IMG/VR virus record: IMGVR_UViG_3300027754_000037 | Source: a virus | Lineage: Duplodnaviria; Caudoviricetes | Length of the DNA stretch: 64,000 bases | Reading direction: 5' to 3' (one strand) | Shown here: piece by piece, positions 46,859 to 54,717 of the stretch | Position numbering within the stretch: position 1 is the stretch's first letter | Layout: the number at the start of each line of letters is the position of its first letter | Notes under the pieces: model-generated | The model's database searches: none | Told to the model about the DNA's origin: nothing | Seen by the model: the letters and a program-made list of their open reading frames with translations, nothing else | Position numbers and translations under genes: made by a program

Positions 46859-46943
46859 GGAAAAGTATCCAAGAGGACAAAGGATTTTGACCGTAAGTCA
46901 AAAGGGCTGAGACCATTCGTGAGTTCGACTCTCACCTTTTCCA
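46859..46943 (+). tRNA. tRNA-Tyr (GTA), long variable arm, CCA not encoded
   Basis: Acceptor GGAAAAG/CTTTTCC, discriminator A, D-loop GG, anticodon stem TTTGA/TCAAA with GTA at 46893-46895, T-arm GTGAG-TTCGACT-CTCAC. Confidence 0.9.
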
Positions 46944-46976
46944 TTAATTGCGCTCGTTGCTTAAAGGAGATTTAGT

Positions 46977-47354
46977 ATGGAAGATCGTAATAATAAAAAA
47001 TCTGAATCTTGTGCCGTTCTATGTCCCCTGAAAATGACCGAAAAAGCAATAGTTAGGGTTAAATCAATTATTTTAGAAGCAGATTACGATACTCCTGTTT
47101 ATCTTAGAGTAAAAGTACAAGGAGGAGGTTGCAGCGGATTTCAAAACAAACTGGATCTAGACCCAAATTATAACGATAAACTTGATCATTTGTTTAATTT
47201 TGATGGCATTGGAGTAATTGTTGATAGAAGAAGTATGCTTTATCTAGAAGATGCTGAAGTTGATTTTCATGATGAATTTAATAAGAATGGATTCTCAGTA
47301 AATAATCCAGCAGCAAAAACCACTTGCGGTTGCGGAAGTAGCTACTCAGTTTGA
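46977..47354 (+). CDS. iscA: HesB/IscA/ErpA iron-sulfur cluster carrier
   Basis: LRVKVQGGGCSG, VD..S..YL....VDF, NP.A..TCGCGSS. Confidence 0.93.
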   Translation: MEDRNNKKSESCAVLCPLKMTEKAIVRVKSIILEADYDTPVYLRVKVQGGGCSGFQNKLDLDPNYNDKLDHLFNFDGIGVIVDRRSMLYLEDAEVDFHDEFNKNGFSVNNPAAKTTCGCGSSYSV

Positions 47355-47364
47355 ATAATTAATA

Positions 47365-47510
47365 TACTCTACACAACACACGCAGAATACTCTACACAAC
47401 CCTGTGGAATACTCTACACAACCCTGTGGAATACTCTACACAACACACGCAGAATACTCTACACAAATCCTTTCACAAATCCTTTCACAAATACCCTTCA
47501 CAATTTCAAT
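47365..47510 (+). repeat. Iteron-like array: 5 x TACTCTACACAA at 22-23 bp spacing, then 3 x ~12-bp CCTTTCACAA-type units
   Basis: Copies start at 47365, 47388, 47410, 47432, 47455. Confidence 0.85.
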
Positions 47511-48142
47511 ACACACAATCATGATCAGATGTCATCAGAAAGGCCTTAAATTTCACTTATAAGAGGACTTCATAGAAAAATTGACTCTATACCTTGATTT
47601 TGTGAAGAAGCCGTAAAAGTGGCCAAATACACACAGGTAGCATGTGAACATATTTTTTCTGTGAAGCAATATCTGCAAAGCACCTAAAAGTCATATGTTT
47701 TTTTTGTGAAGGGTAAATTGGGAAGGCAAAGTGACTTGTGAAGTTAAAAATAATAGAGATACTGTGAATCTCCACAAGTCGCTATTAAATTACCCACAGA
47801 ACACCACCCTCACCCACAAGGCTCCACATGTCAACACATGTCATAGGAAGGAGTTGGAGGTGCTTTGAATGATGGTAATGCTGTGGATCGCTGTGGAAAG
47901 AGCTTGTTTTAAGGAGAGTATGCACAAGGACTGGTTTTTGGAACTTGTGAAAGGGGCTTTTGGAGTGAATATAATGAAAAACACGGGTTTTGCATGTAGT
48001 GCTGAAAGGCTTGTGAGAAAGGGCTTAAAGGGGATTTGAGGGGGAGACCCGAAATTTTGACCTAAGAAGGGTCAAGCCAGCACCCCATTTTCTCCCCAAT
48101 TACTCCACAATTCCCCCCTAAACAACTACATTTCCTCCAAAC

Positions 48143-48167
48143 TAAGTCCTTATATACCAAGGACTTA
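48143..48167. promoter_or_regulatory. Dyad site AAGTCCTT-N7-AAGGACTT (copy 1)
   Basis: TAAGTCCTT-atatacc-AAGGACTTA; second copy at 54599. Confidence 0.55.
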
Positions 48168-48515
48168 CGGCGACAAACCCTAATTGTCAACTCAAAATAT
48201 CTCTAAAGAAAAAACTACCAATCAAGTCCATAATTTTCTCTCAATTTGCTATACCAGGAGGGGACAATTCAAGAATAAACTACAAAGTTGGTGTGGAAAG
48301 CAAATTTTAAGGACATTTTAGACTTATGTAGTAGTAAAATTGAATTTGTGAAGGGTTATTGAGAGTAAAATAGTGCATAATTAATTCCAAAGTGCCTCTA
48401 GAGGGGTGTGTAAGGGGTTGTGAATGGCCAAAAGGGTATTGGATTGTGAGTCAGAGTCTTCACAAAAGCCTTAAAAACAAGGGGAATTGCTGTGGAAGGG
48501 TTGCCAGAGCTTATC

Positions 48516-48559
48516 CAGAGGGAAGTCAGAGGGAAGTCAGAGGGAAGTCAGAGGGAATT
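48516..48559 (+). repeat. 4 x 11-bp tandem repeat CAGAGGGAAGT
   Basis: Three exact copies plus CAGAGGGAATT. Confidence 0.85.
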
Positions 48560-48600
48560 GCCAGAGACTTGAGGTGCTGTGAGGATAAGAATAGCCTAAT

Positions 48601-48643
48601 TGTACCTACAGATGGCGAATTTTTTAGGATAATTGTACCTACA
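48601..48643. promoter_or_regulatory. Two copies of dyad TGTA-CC-TACA (AATTGTACCTACAG)
   Basis: At 48601 and 48634; further copies 49869, 51216, 56833 and inverted at 52970. Confidence 0.65.
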
Positions 48644-48669
48644 GGACTTTTTTTGGGAAATTTCTGTGG

Positions 48670-48697
48670 TTAATTGTATTTTTGAAACGAAACTTCC
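48670..48697 (+). promoter_or_regulatory. Repeated early-promoter-like motif, copy 1
   Basis: TTAATTGTATTTTTGAAACGAAACTTCC, 28 nt before ATG 48726. Confidence 0.8.
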
Positions 48698-48725
48698 TGT
48701 TGTCTTATGAAAGGGGGATTCTCTA

Positions 48726-49802
48726 ATGCAAAGCCACTTTGTATTCTTTGGTTCCAAGGATTCTAAGTCCCGTCCTGAGCCTACAGACCTTGAGAAAAGG
48801 GCCAAGATTGACCGAAACAATCCAACAGCACCATTTTCCCGGTTCGTCGGGAATGATCGTGCTGTGAAGAAACTACAGGTAGCAGCATACAAGGCCTTGG
48901 GTCATCCTAACCATATGATGCGAGACTTGAGTTTCGCCATATATGGCCCCGCAAGCGCAGGCAAGACTACCCTTGCCCGCCTGTATGCCGAAACTGTGCA
49001 GTTGCCTTTCCTTGAGGTAAGTCCAAAATCACTCAAAACAGCCGATGATCTGTTCGATCAGATCAAAGTTGTCCTGAAGGATGCTGGCATTCCCCTAGTG
49101 GAAGGCAAGACAAATCACTATAAGCTACCTCCAATAGTGATTTTTATTGATGAAGTCCATGCTCTTGTGGACAGCGTGGTGCAAGGTCTGCTCAAAGCAA
49201 CCGAGTACAACGATGCAATTCTAGCAACTGAGAGTGGTAAAGTCCTTGATTGCTATGCAGCAACATGGATGATCGCCACTACAGATGAGGGAAAGTTGTT
49301 CGATGCCTTCAGAACTAGATTCAGCCCTGTGCAGTTGAAATATCTTACAAAGGATGAATTGTCCAAGATCGTTCACAAGGCTCACCCAGATTTGACATCT
49401 GAGGTGTGCGGTATTGTGGCGCACTACAACTCAAGAGTTCCACGCAAGGCACTTGAGTTTGCCCGCTACATGAAGCTTGTGCGTGAGATGGACAAGTCTA
49501 TTGATTGGAGCGAGATTGCACAGCAGGTGGCTGAGGACGAGGGTATTGACAAGTTTGGGATGTCAGAAGTCCACTTTAAGGTTCTGAAGTCCCTTGCTAC
49601 CGGCCCCGTGGCCCAGAGTCGAATGACGACTGTTGTAGGTAGAAAAATAGATGAGGTTGAGAAGTTTATCATGCCTTGGCTGATGACCGAGACTGATGAC
49701 CAACCAGCATTAGTTGGAGTTAGCCGTAGGGGTTATGTGCTGACTGATGCTGGGCGAGAACAACTCTCGCTCCGTGGGATTGATACAGCAATTGCTGCAT
49801 AG
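48726..49802 (+). CDS. ruvB: RuvB-like AAA+ ATPase (Holliday junction helicase family)
   Basis: GPASAGKTTLA Walker A, IFIDEVH Walker B, ATTD, FRTRF Arg finger, VPRKA sensor 2, C-terminal wHTH with RRGYVLT. Confidence 0.85.
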   Translation: MQSHFVFFGSKDSKSRPEPTDLEKRAKIDRNNPTAPFSRFVGNDRAVKKLQVAAYKALGHPNHMMRDLSFAIYGPASAGKTTLARLYAETVQLPFLEVSPKSLKTADDLFDQIKVVLKDAGIPLVEGKTNHYKLPPIVIFIDEVHALVDSVVQGLLKATEYNDAILATESGKVLDCYAATWMIATTDEGKLFDAFRTRFSPVQLKYLTKDELSKIVHKAHPDLTSEVCGIVAHYNSRVPRKALEFARYMKLVREMDKSIDWSEIAQQVAEDEGIDKFGMSEVHFKVLKSLATGPVAQSRMTTVVGRKIDEVEKFIMPWLMTETDDQPALVGVSRRGYVLTDAGREQLSLRGIDTAIAA

Positions 49803-49806
49803 TGAT

Positions 49807-49848
49807 ATCGGCTAGAAGCTTCAGTCATAGGCTTCTAGCCGATTTTTT
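49807..49848 (+). terminator. Rho-independent terminator
   Basis: ATCGGCTAGAAGC / GCTTCTAGCCGAT stem plus T tract. Confidence 0.8.
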
Positions 49849-49904
49849 CTGTTGGGATTTAGGGGAATTGTACCTACAGGATAAATGTCAAAAAACTCCT
49901 GAAT

Positions 49905-49932
49905 TTAATTGTATTTTTGAAACGGAACTTCC
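49905..49932 (+). promoter_or_regulatory. Repeated early-promoter-like motif, copy 2
   Basis: TTAATTGTATTTTTGAAACGGAACTTCC then GTATCACTTTG. Confidence 0.85.
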
Positions 49933-49979
49933 GTATCACTTTGTCAGGTTTCAATTTAAAGAATTTAAAGGAGTTTGCA

Positions 49980-50282
49980 ATGATCCCTTCTTTCAAAAAA
50001 CTGTCAGAAAGTTTTGGCCCCCTGAAGGCGAAAATTGTGCGAAAGATAATGGAAAATTTCCATAATAGGGGCCGGTCGGGGTGTTACAAAACAATGGAGC
50101 AGATTGATGTTGTTCTGAATGGTCATGGAGTCGAATTCATCGATGCTGGGAAAGGCCGCAAAAGTCCCGCCATCACTTATGTGAACATGGGCGACACTTA
50201 CGATTGTACGGTCATGTGGGTAAATGGAAGTTTTAGAGTAGGGTGTTGGGGCGATATTGTAGAGCAGGGCAACTACGCCTGA
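49980..50282 (+). CDS. Conserved hypothetical phage protein
   Basis: AAGGAG RBS; G.GVE.I...Y.NMGDTY..T...WGD.VE pattern. Confidence 0.75.
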   Translation: MIPSFKKLSESFGPLKAKIVRKIMENFHNRGRSGCYKTMEQIDVVLNGHGVEFIDAGKGRKSPAITYVNMGDTYDCTVMWVNGSFRVGCWGDIVEQGNYA

Positions 50283-50302
50283 TTCCAAAAAAATTCCTGA
50301 AT

Positions 50303-50330
50303 TTAATTGTATTTTTCAGACGGAACTTCC
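50303..50330 (+). promoter_or_regulatory. Repeated early-promoter-like motif, copy 3
   Basis: TTAATTGTATTTTTCAGACGGAACTTCC. Confidence 0.85.
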
Positions 50331-50369
50331 GTATCACTTTGTAAGGGTCAAATAACGAAGGAGTTTGTA

Positions 50370-50639
50370 ATGAGCAATCGAGCATTTATCGAATCTGTAA
50401 CTGTAACAGACAATAAGACTAAAGAAGAAGGTTCTTTTATAAAGATTTATGACGATTATGGAACAGCTTATATCTCAGTAGAAAATGCTATAGATGATGA
50501 TTTTGCTATTTTGAAAGCAGCAACTTCATCGTTTGATGAGGTCGCCAAGGGCATTCTTGACCATGTTAATGAAATGGAAAAAGGATTGCACATATGTGGA
50601 ACATGGTACAACTGGGATGAAATTAAAGATATGTTCTAA
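50370..50639 (+). CDS. Hypothetical protein
   Basis: AAGGAG RBS before ATG 50370; acidic. Confidence 0.7.
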   Translation: MSNRAFIESVTVTDNKTKEEGSFIKIYDDYGTAYISVENAIDDDFAILKAATSSFDEVAKGILDHVNEMEKGLHICGTWYNWDEIKDMF

Positions 50640-50650
50640 AATTCCTGAAT

Positions 50651-50678
50651 TTAATTGTATTTTTGAAACGGAACTTCC
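50651..50678 (+). promoter_or_regulatory. Repeated early-promoter-like motif, copy 4
   Basis: TTAATTGTATTTTTGAAACGGAACTTCC. Confidence 0.85.
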
Positions 50679-50719
50679 GTATCACTTTGTAAGGTTCAAA
50701 TAAAGAAAAGGAAAAGATC

Positions 50720-51136
50720 ATGACCATCACTTTGACCGGAAAAAATGCAATCGAGTATATCAAGGCTGTCATTCGGCCACGGATGGACGAAAACATCCCC
50801 GGTTTGATGATTTTCGGAAACGAGGTTGACGGGGATGGCGTGGAAAATGCCACCCTTGGGCATGCCATCGATGCTGCCGACGAGGACGGCAGCTTGGTTT
50901 CTTACGGCTTAACGGAAAAAACCACCAATGCGGAATTTTTCACGATGGCCGAAACCGCAGCAGGTTCTTTTAGACTCGAAAAAATCGAAAAAGGAATCGC
51001 TAGCGTGACTTGGGATGCTGATCAAATAGATTGGCAGGAAATTATTCCACCAATGTTCCGGGGTCATGAAGAAGAAATAAAAGGATTGGCGGAACAATGC
51101 TACCAAAAATGGATGAAAGAGGATGAAGGAGTCTGA
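50720..51136 (+). CDS. Hypothetical acidic protein
   Basis: AAGGA RBS; follows motif copy 4. Confidence 0.7.
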   Translation: MTITLTGKNAIEYIKAVIRPRMDENIPGLMIFGNEVDGDGVENATLGHAIDAADEDGSLVSYGLTEKTTNAEFFTMAETAAGSFRLEKIEKGIASVTWDADQIDWQEIIPPMFRGHEEEIKGLAEQCYQKWMKEDEGV

Positions 51137-51152
51137 GTTTATCGCTATTCAC

Positions 51153-51193
51153 AAAGACTGACAGAGGAATAAACTCCTCTGTCAGTCTTTTTT
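51153..51193 (+). terminator. Rho-independent terminator
   Basis: AAAGACTGACAGAGG / CCTCTGTCAGTCTTT stem plus T tract. Confidence 0.85.
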
Positions 51194-51252
51194 TATTTGC
51201 ATTCTTTAGGGGAATTGTACCTACAGGATAAATGTCAAAAAAATTCCTGAAT

Positions 51253-51280
51253 TTAATTGTATTTTTGGAACGGAACTTCC
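51253..51280 (+). promoter_or_regulatory. Repeated early-promoter-like motif, copy 5
   Basis: TTAATTGTATTTTTGGAACGGAACTTCC. Confidence 0.85.
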
Positions 51281-51331
51281 GTATCACTTTGTCAGAAGCA
51301 ATTTACTAAGGTTTAAACAATAGGAGTGCCC

Positions 51332-51514
51332 ATGCTGGTTTCAAAAGATTATTACACCTGTGATGATGCTATGGTAGTAACCATAGAAGGAGTTTTTGAA
51401 GGCAAGGAAGCAGAATGGGATGGCTGCACTTCCCATACTGATAAGAGAATCGAATGGGAACAAGAGCCAGAAGATGGCTGGGTTTACAAAGATTTTAGTT
51501 TTCGAGCGAATTAG
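51332..51514 (+). CDS. Hypothetical small protein
   Basis: AGGAG RBS; follows motif copy 5. Confidence 0.65.
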   Translation: MLVSKDYYTCDDAMVVTIEGVFEGKEAEWDGCTSHTDKRIEWEQEPEDGWVYKDFSFRAN

Positions 51515-51757
51515 GAGCCTTGACGAATAAGGTTCAACCAACGAAAAGGAAAAGGAAAAGATCAATGAAAATTATCAGCAGTCATTTAACACGAGCATCT
51601 GCCCGTAATTCAGCAAAACGGGGCCAAAGGGTAATCAAGGCCGGGTTTTTCTCAAATGGATCATTCGGACTATTCAGTCCCGGCAATCATCATGGTGGTT
51701 TGGTTTTGATTCATGTTTGGCATGTTGTTTCAAACTAAGGTTCAATAAAAAGGAGTT

Positions 51758-52006
51758 ATGAACATGAAAGATTACGCCGCCGTAGTGGTGGAAGTTATGG
51801 CCGGAGCTTCGGCTGGAGAGGGTTGGGATGCCAACCGCTCATTCTGGGCCGATGAAGATGGGGCATGGGATGGCCTACAGGTTGGGGAACATGTGATGGT
51901 GGATGGGGAGTTATATGTAAAATACGGGGAGTGGGAGGAATACTCCTGTGGGGTCGATTGTTGTGGTTGGGCCAATTTTGGCCTAGCTAAAGTCACTTTC
52001 AAGTGA
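51758..52006 (+). CDS. Hypothetical acidic Trp-rich protein
   Basis: AAGGAG RBS. Confidence 0.65.
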   Translation: MNMKDYAAVVVEVMAGASAGEGWDANRSFWADEDGAWDGLQVGEHVMVDGELYVKYGEWEEYSCGVDCCGWANFGLAKVTFK

Positions 52007-52054
52007 CTCAATCCACTTCTTGGGATTTCAAAAAGTTAAAAAGAGGAATTCGCA

Positions 52055-52462
52055 ATGATCAAGGGATTGGCTTATACATGCGCTCCGATTCTTGGCCTTA
52101 AAGAAGCCAAGGATCGGAAGAAAGTGCTAGATGATTATCGAAAACTGGGACAGGAGGAGGCCGAGTTGCTCCTGACCCAGCGTCTTGATGATTTGGAATA
52201 TATTGATCTTGGCAACAACGAGGGGTTGCCTGCCGATGATTGGATGATTGCTCAGATCGGCGGTGGTGACGGCAAGGTTGTCTTGCACCCTTATACATAC
52301 AATGAGGAAAGTCCAATGATGGACGATTACCTAAAGCCTGAAAAAAGCTACACCACCCAAGGCGACCCCGTTTGGGTATGCAAAGGTTTTGCCTTGGAGA
52401 TCCACGAGGCAGAACTAAGGCGCATTCACCCGTGGTTGAAAGCAATCAATATCATCAAATAG
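52055..52462 (+). CDS. Hypothetical protein
   Basis: GAGG RBS; followed by terminator. Confidence 0.7.
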   Translation: MIKGLAYTCAPILGLKEAKDRKKVLDDYRKLGQEEAELLLTQRLDDLEYIDLGNNEGLPADDWMIAQIGGGDGKVVLHPYTYNEESPMMDDYLKPEKSYTTQGDPVWVCKGFALEIHEAELRRIHPWLKAINIIK

Positions 52463-52465
52463 CAG

Positions 52466-52494
52466 GAGGGGGCTTCGGCCCCCTCTTTTTTTTT
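52466..52494 (+). terminator. Rho-independent terminator (UUCG tetraloop)
   Basis: GAGGGGGC-TTCG-GCCCCCTC-T9. Confidence 0.92.
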
Positions 52495-52546
52495 GGCAAT
52501 TTTAGCTCCTTTCAATAATATTGATCCATAGATACATGCTGTACTT

Positions 52547-52879
52547 TCAACGATCCTCCTGCTTTGCCCGCACACAGTACCTCAGATGGAAAAAGTTGTT
52601 GCCAGTAGGGTGCAAATCCATGCCAAATTCCTGCAATCCGTAAAGTTTATACACATAGGTCTTGGCATCAGTTCGCTCCAGTTCTGCCTTGATTTGTTCA
52701 AGATTGCCAAACTTACTTGTCGTGCATTGAGCCGGTTGACCATCCTCATCCATGAATGTTGCTTCTTGGACAATACGAAACTTAGCGTCAATCAGCGACA
52801 ACGGTAACTCTTGTTTGGACTGAATGGTTTTTTGAGCCGCCAGAAACGCTCTTTGCTCGATGTTTGTTGTTTCACTCAT
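52547..52879 (-). CDS. Hypothetical protein
   Basis: 110 aa, GAGG RBS on minus strand; only clear minus-strand gene of the right-hand module. Confidence 0.6.
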   Translation of the reverse strand: MSETTNIEQRAFLAAQKTIQSKQELPLSLIDAKFRIVQEATFMDEDGQPAQCTTSKFGNLEQIKAELERTDAKTYVYKLYGLQEFGMDLHPTGNNFFHLRYCVRAKQEDR

Positions 52880-53066
52880 ATTGCAACATCCTCTTTGGTT
52901 TCGCTAAAATTTTTAAACCTTATAAACTGTACTATACCAGCAAGTACAGCCTTCAACAATTTTTTATCCTGTAGGTACAATTTGTCTAAAACTTCTGAAA
53001 GTTTTCGAGATACTCTAAATTATTTCGTGTTAGATTGTAGATAATTGCAATAACGAAATTAGGAGT

Positions 53067-53738
53067 ATGTCCATGAGAAATTTTAGTGAATGGCTAAGTG
53101 ATTTTTCAGAAGTAAGTGATATTAAAATATGTGAATCCAGTTTAACCCGCATGATGTCCCTTCAGAATTCCCCTTGGTGCATCATTACAGCATACCGCAA
53201 GAAGAATTCTGACGGTACAGTTAGAAACAGAGATCAGAACATCGCTGCCAACAGGGTTCTTCGTGGAAAGTTGAACAGCATGAAGATGGGAGTACATCAG
53301 TTGATTGGGCATTGGCGTGAGTGTAAGGACAGCAATATTCCATACCCTCAATGTCCTGAAGAGATGAAAGTCGATGTAATTGAGCGGTCTTACTTTGTGG
53401 CGAAACCCCCAGAAGTGGAAATTGAAGATTTTGAAACGCTTATGCTTCAACTGTGCCGTGAATTTAACCAAGATGGAGTTTTGCTGAGTGATGGGCAATC
53501 CGTCAAGCTTGCCTATCCAAGCGGTGAAAAGGATGTAATTGGCAGCAGCAATATGGCATTGAACAAGGTTGCTCAGGCTTATAGTCAGCACATCATGAAG
53601 CAGAATGTTCCATTTGTGTTTGAAGGGTTTCAACAATTTCATGGGAATGCTGCACGGCAAGGTTCTTCCAAGAGCGGGCTAACCCTTCCACCCTTGGATG
53701 AGAACTTTGTTGTCCTTGCCGCAAAACAATTAAACTAG
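53067..53738 (+). CDS. Putative internal head protein (ESSL.R...IITAYR family)
   Basis: MRNFSEWL N-terminus; ESSLTR, IITAYR, N..ANR.L..KL, G.W.E, QDGVL. Confidence 0.7.
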   Translation: MSMRNFSEWLSDFSEVSDIKICESSLTRMMSLQNSPWCIITAYRKKNSDGTVRNRDQNIAANRVLRGKLNSMKMGVHQLIGHWRECKDSNIPYPQCPEEMKVDVIERSYFVAKPPEVEIEDFETLMLQLCREFNQDGVLLSDGQSVKLAYPSGEKDVIGSSNMALNKVAQAYSQHIMKQNVPFVFEGFQQFHGNAARQGSSKSGLTLPPLDENFVVLAAKQLN

Positions 53739-53762
53739 CATTTATAAATTCTTAAATCCTTA

Positions 53763-53799
53763 AACCAGCGGGAGTTATGACTCTCGTTGGTTTTTTTTT
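53763..53799 (+). terminator. Rho-independent terminator
   Basis: AACCAGCGGGAG / CTCTCGTTGGTT stem plus T tract. Confidence 0.8.
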
Positions 53800-53804
53800 G
53801 GAAT

Positions 53805-53832
53805 TTAATTGTATTTTTCAAACAAAACTTCC
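53805..53832 (+). promoter_or_regulatory. Repeated early-promoter-like motif, copy 6
   Basis: TTAATTGTATTTTTCAAACAAAACTTCC. Confidence 0.85.
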
Positions 53833-53871
53833 TGTAGCACTATAGGTTCCATTACTTTGGAGGAAGTTTCC

Positions 53872-54186
53872 ATGAAATGTCAATGGTGCGTAAAGGCTCC
53901 CGCCGAAAAGGCCGCTGGCGAGTTGTCTGTTTGTAGCAATTGTTACAAGAACATTCAACAGTACCACAAATGTAATGTTTGTGGTTGTGAGATTGATGCA
54001 GACCTTGCGAGGTTTCGTCGCAAGCGTTTTGAAACTGGCACTTGCCTGAGCGCAAGTTGCTCCCGCAAGGAATTGATTGCGAGGGGCAGCGTTTGTTGCG
54101 AGCGGGCGAAGTTGCGTAACTGCTCCTGCGCTCGTAGTTTAGAGTGTGATCGGCATGGCATCCGTTGTACCGGAACCCACAACTAA
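53872..54186 (+). CDS. Cys-rich multi-zinc-finger protein
   Basis: GGAGG RBS; three CxxC pairs plus Cx4C, CC, CxC and CxxHxxxC in 104 aa. Confidence 0.7.
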   Translation: MKCQWCVKAPAEKAAGELSVCSNCYKNIQQYHKCNVCGCEIDADLARFRRKRFETGTCLSASCSRKELIARGSVCCERAKLRNCSCARSLECDRHGIRCTGTHN

Positions 54187-54196
54187 GGAGTATTCA

Positions 54197-54595
54197 ATGA
54201 ACCTGCAAATTTCCAATCGAAAGTTAGCTGTTGCTCGTAAGTCTCAAATTTTGGCTTTGGCCAAGGCTGGCAAGCCTCGTCCCAACAGCAAGGATTCCGC
54301 CCTAGGAAAGGCATTGAGGAAATACATCACCAATGGCAGCACCAGCTATGATGGTGAATTCAAGAAAGAAGTTTTGCGGGTTGCCCCAGAGGGATGGTTC
54401 CGCAACGAGGCGGAAAAAAAGAAGGCGAAGCTGGTTAAGATGGCTAAGGCTGGAAAGCCTCGTCCAAGCTTTTCCACTTCTTTGGGTAAGGCATTGAAGT
54501 TTTACACTTCCCATTCCCATACCGCTTACTGTAAAGAAACCACCTTGGAGTTGTTATCAATAGCTCCACATTGGTTTCGACGGGCAGTAATTTGA
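54197..54595 (+). CDS. Basic protein with two tandem AKAGKPRP...LGKAL..Y...AP.WF repeats
   Basis: AAGGAG RBS; internal duplication visible. Confidence 0.75.
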   Translation: MNLQISNRKLAVARKSQILALAKAGKPRPNSKDSALGKALRKYITNGSTSYDGEFKKEVLRVAPEGWFRNEAEKKKAKLVKMAKAGKPRPSFSTSLGKALKFYTSHSHTAYCKETTLELLSIAPHWFRRAVI

Positions 54596-54598
54596 TGC

Positions 54599-54621
54599 AA
54601 GTCCTTTTATTGTAAGGACTT
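54599..54621. promoter_or_regulatory. Dyad site AAGTCCTT-N7-AAGGACTT (copy 2)
   Basis: AAGTCCTT-ttattgt-AAGGACTT, 24 nt before motif copy 7. Confidence 0.55.
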
Positions 54622-54645
54622 AAAAATTACAATAAATTACTGAAT

Positions 54646-54673
54646 TTAATTGTATTTTTCAAACGAAACTTCC
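54646..54673 (+). promoter_or_regulatory. Repeated early-promoter-like motif, copy 7
   Basis: TTAATTGTATTTTTCAAACGAAACTTCC. Confidence 0.85.
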
Positions 54674-54717
54674 AGTATCACTTTGGAGAGACAGTTTTAA
54701 CCAGTAAGGAGACTGCA

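Noticed and set aside
47365-47466. 22-23 bp periodic repeats as a mini-CRISPR
   Set aside because: Repeat is 12 nt and the intervening 10-11 nt are themselves repeated rather than unique spacers.
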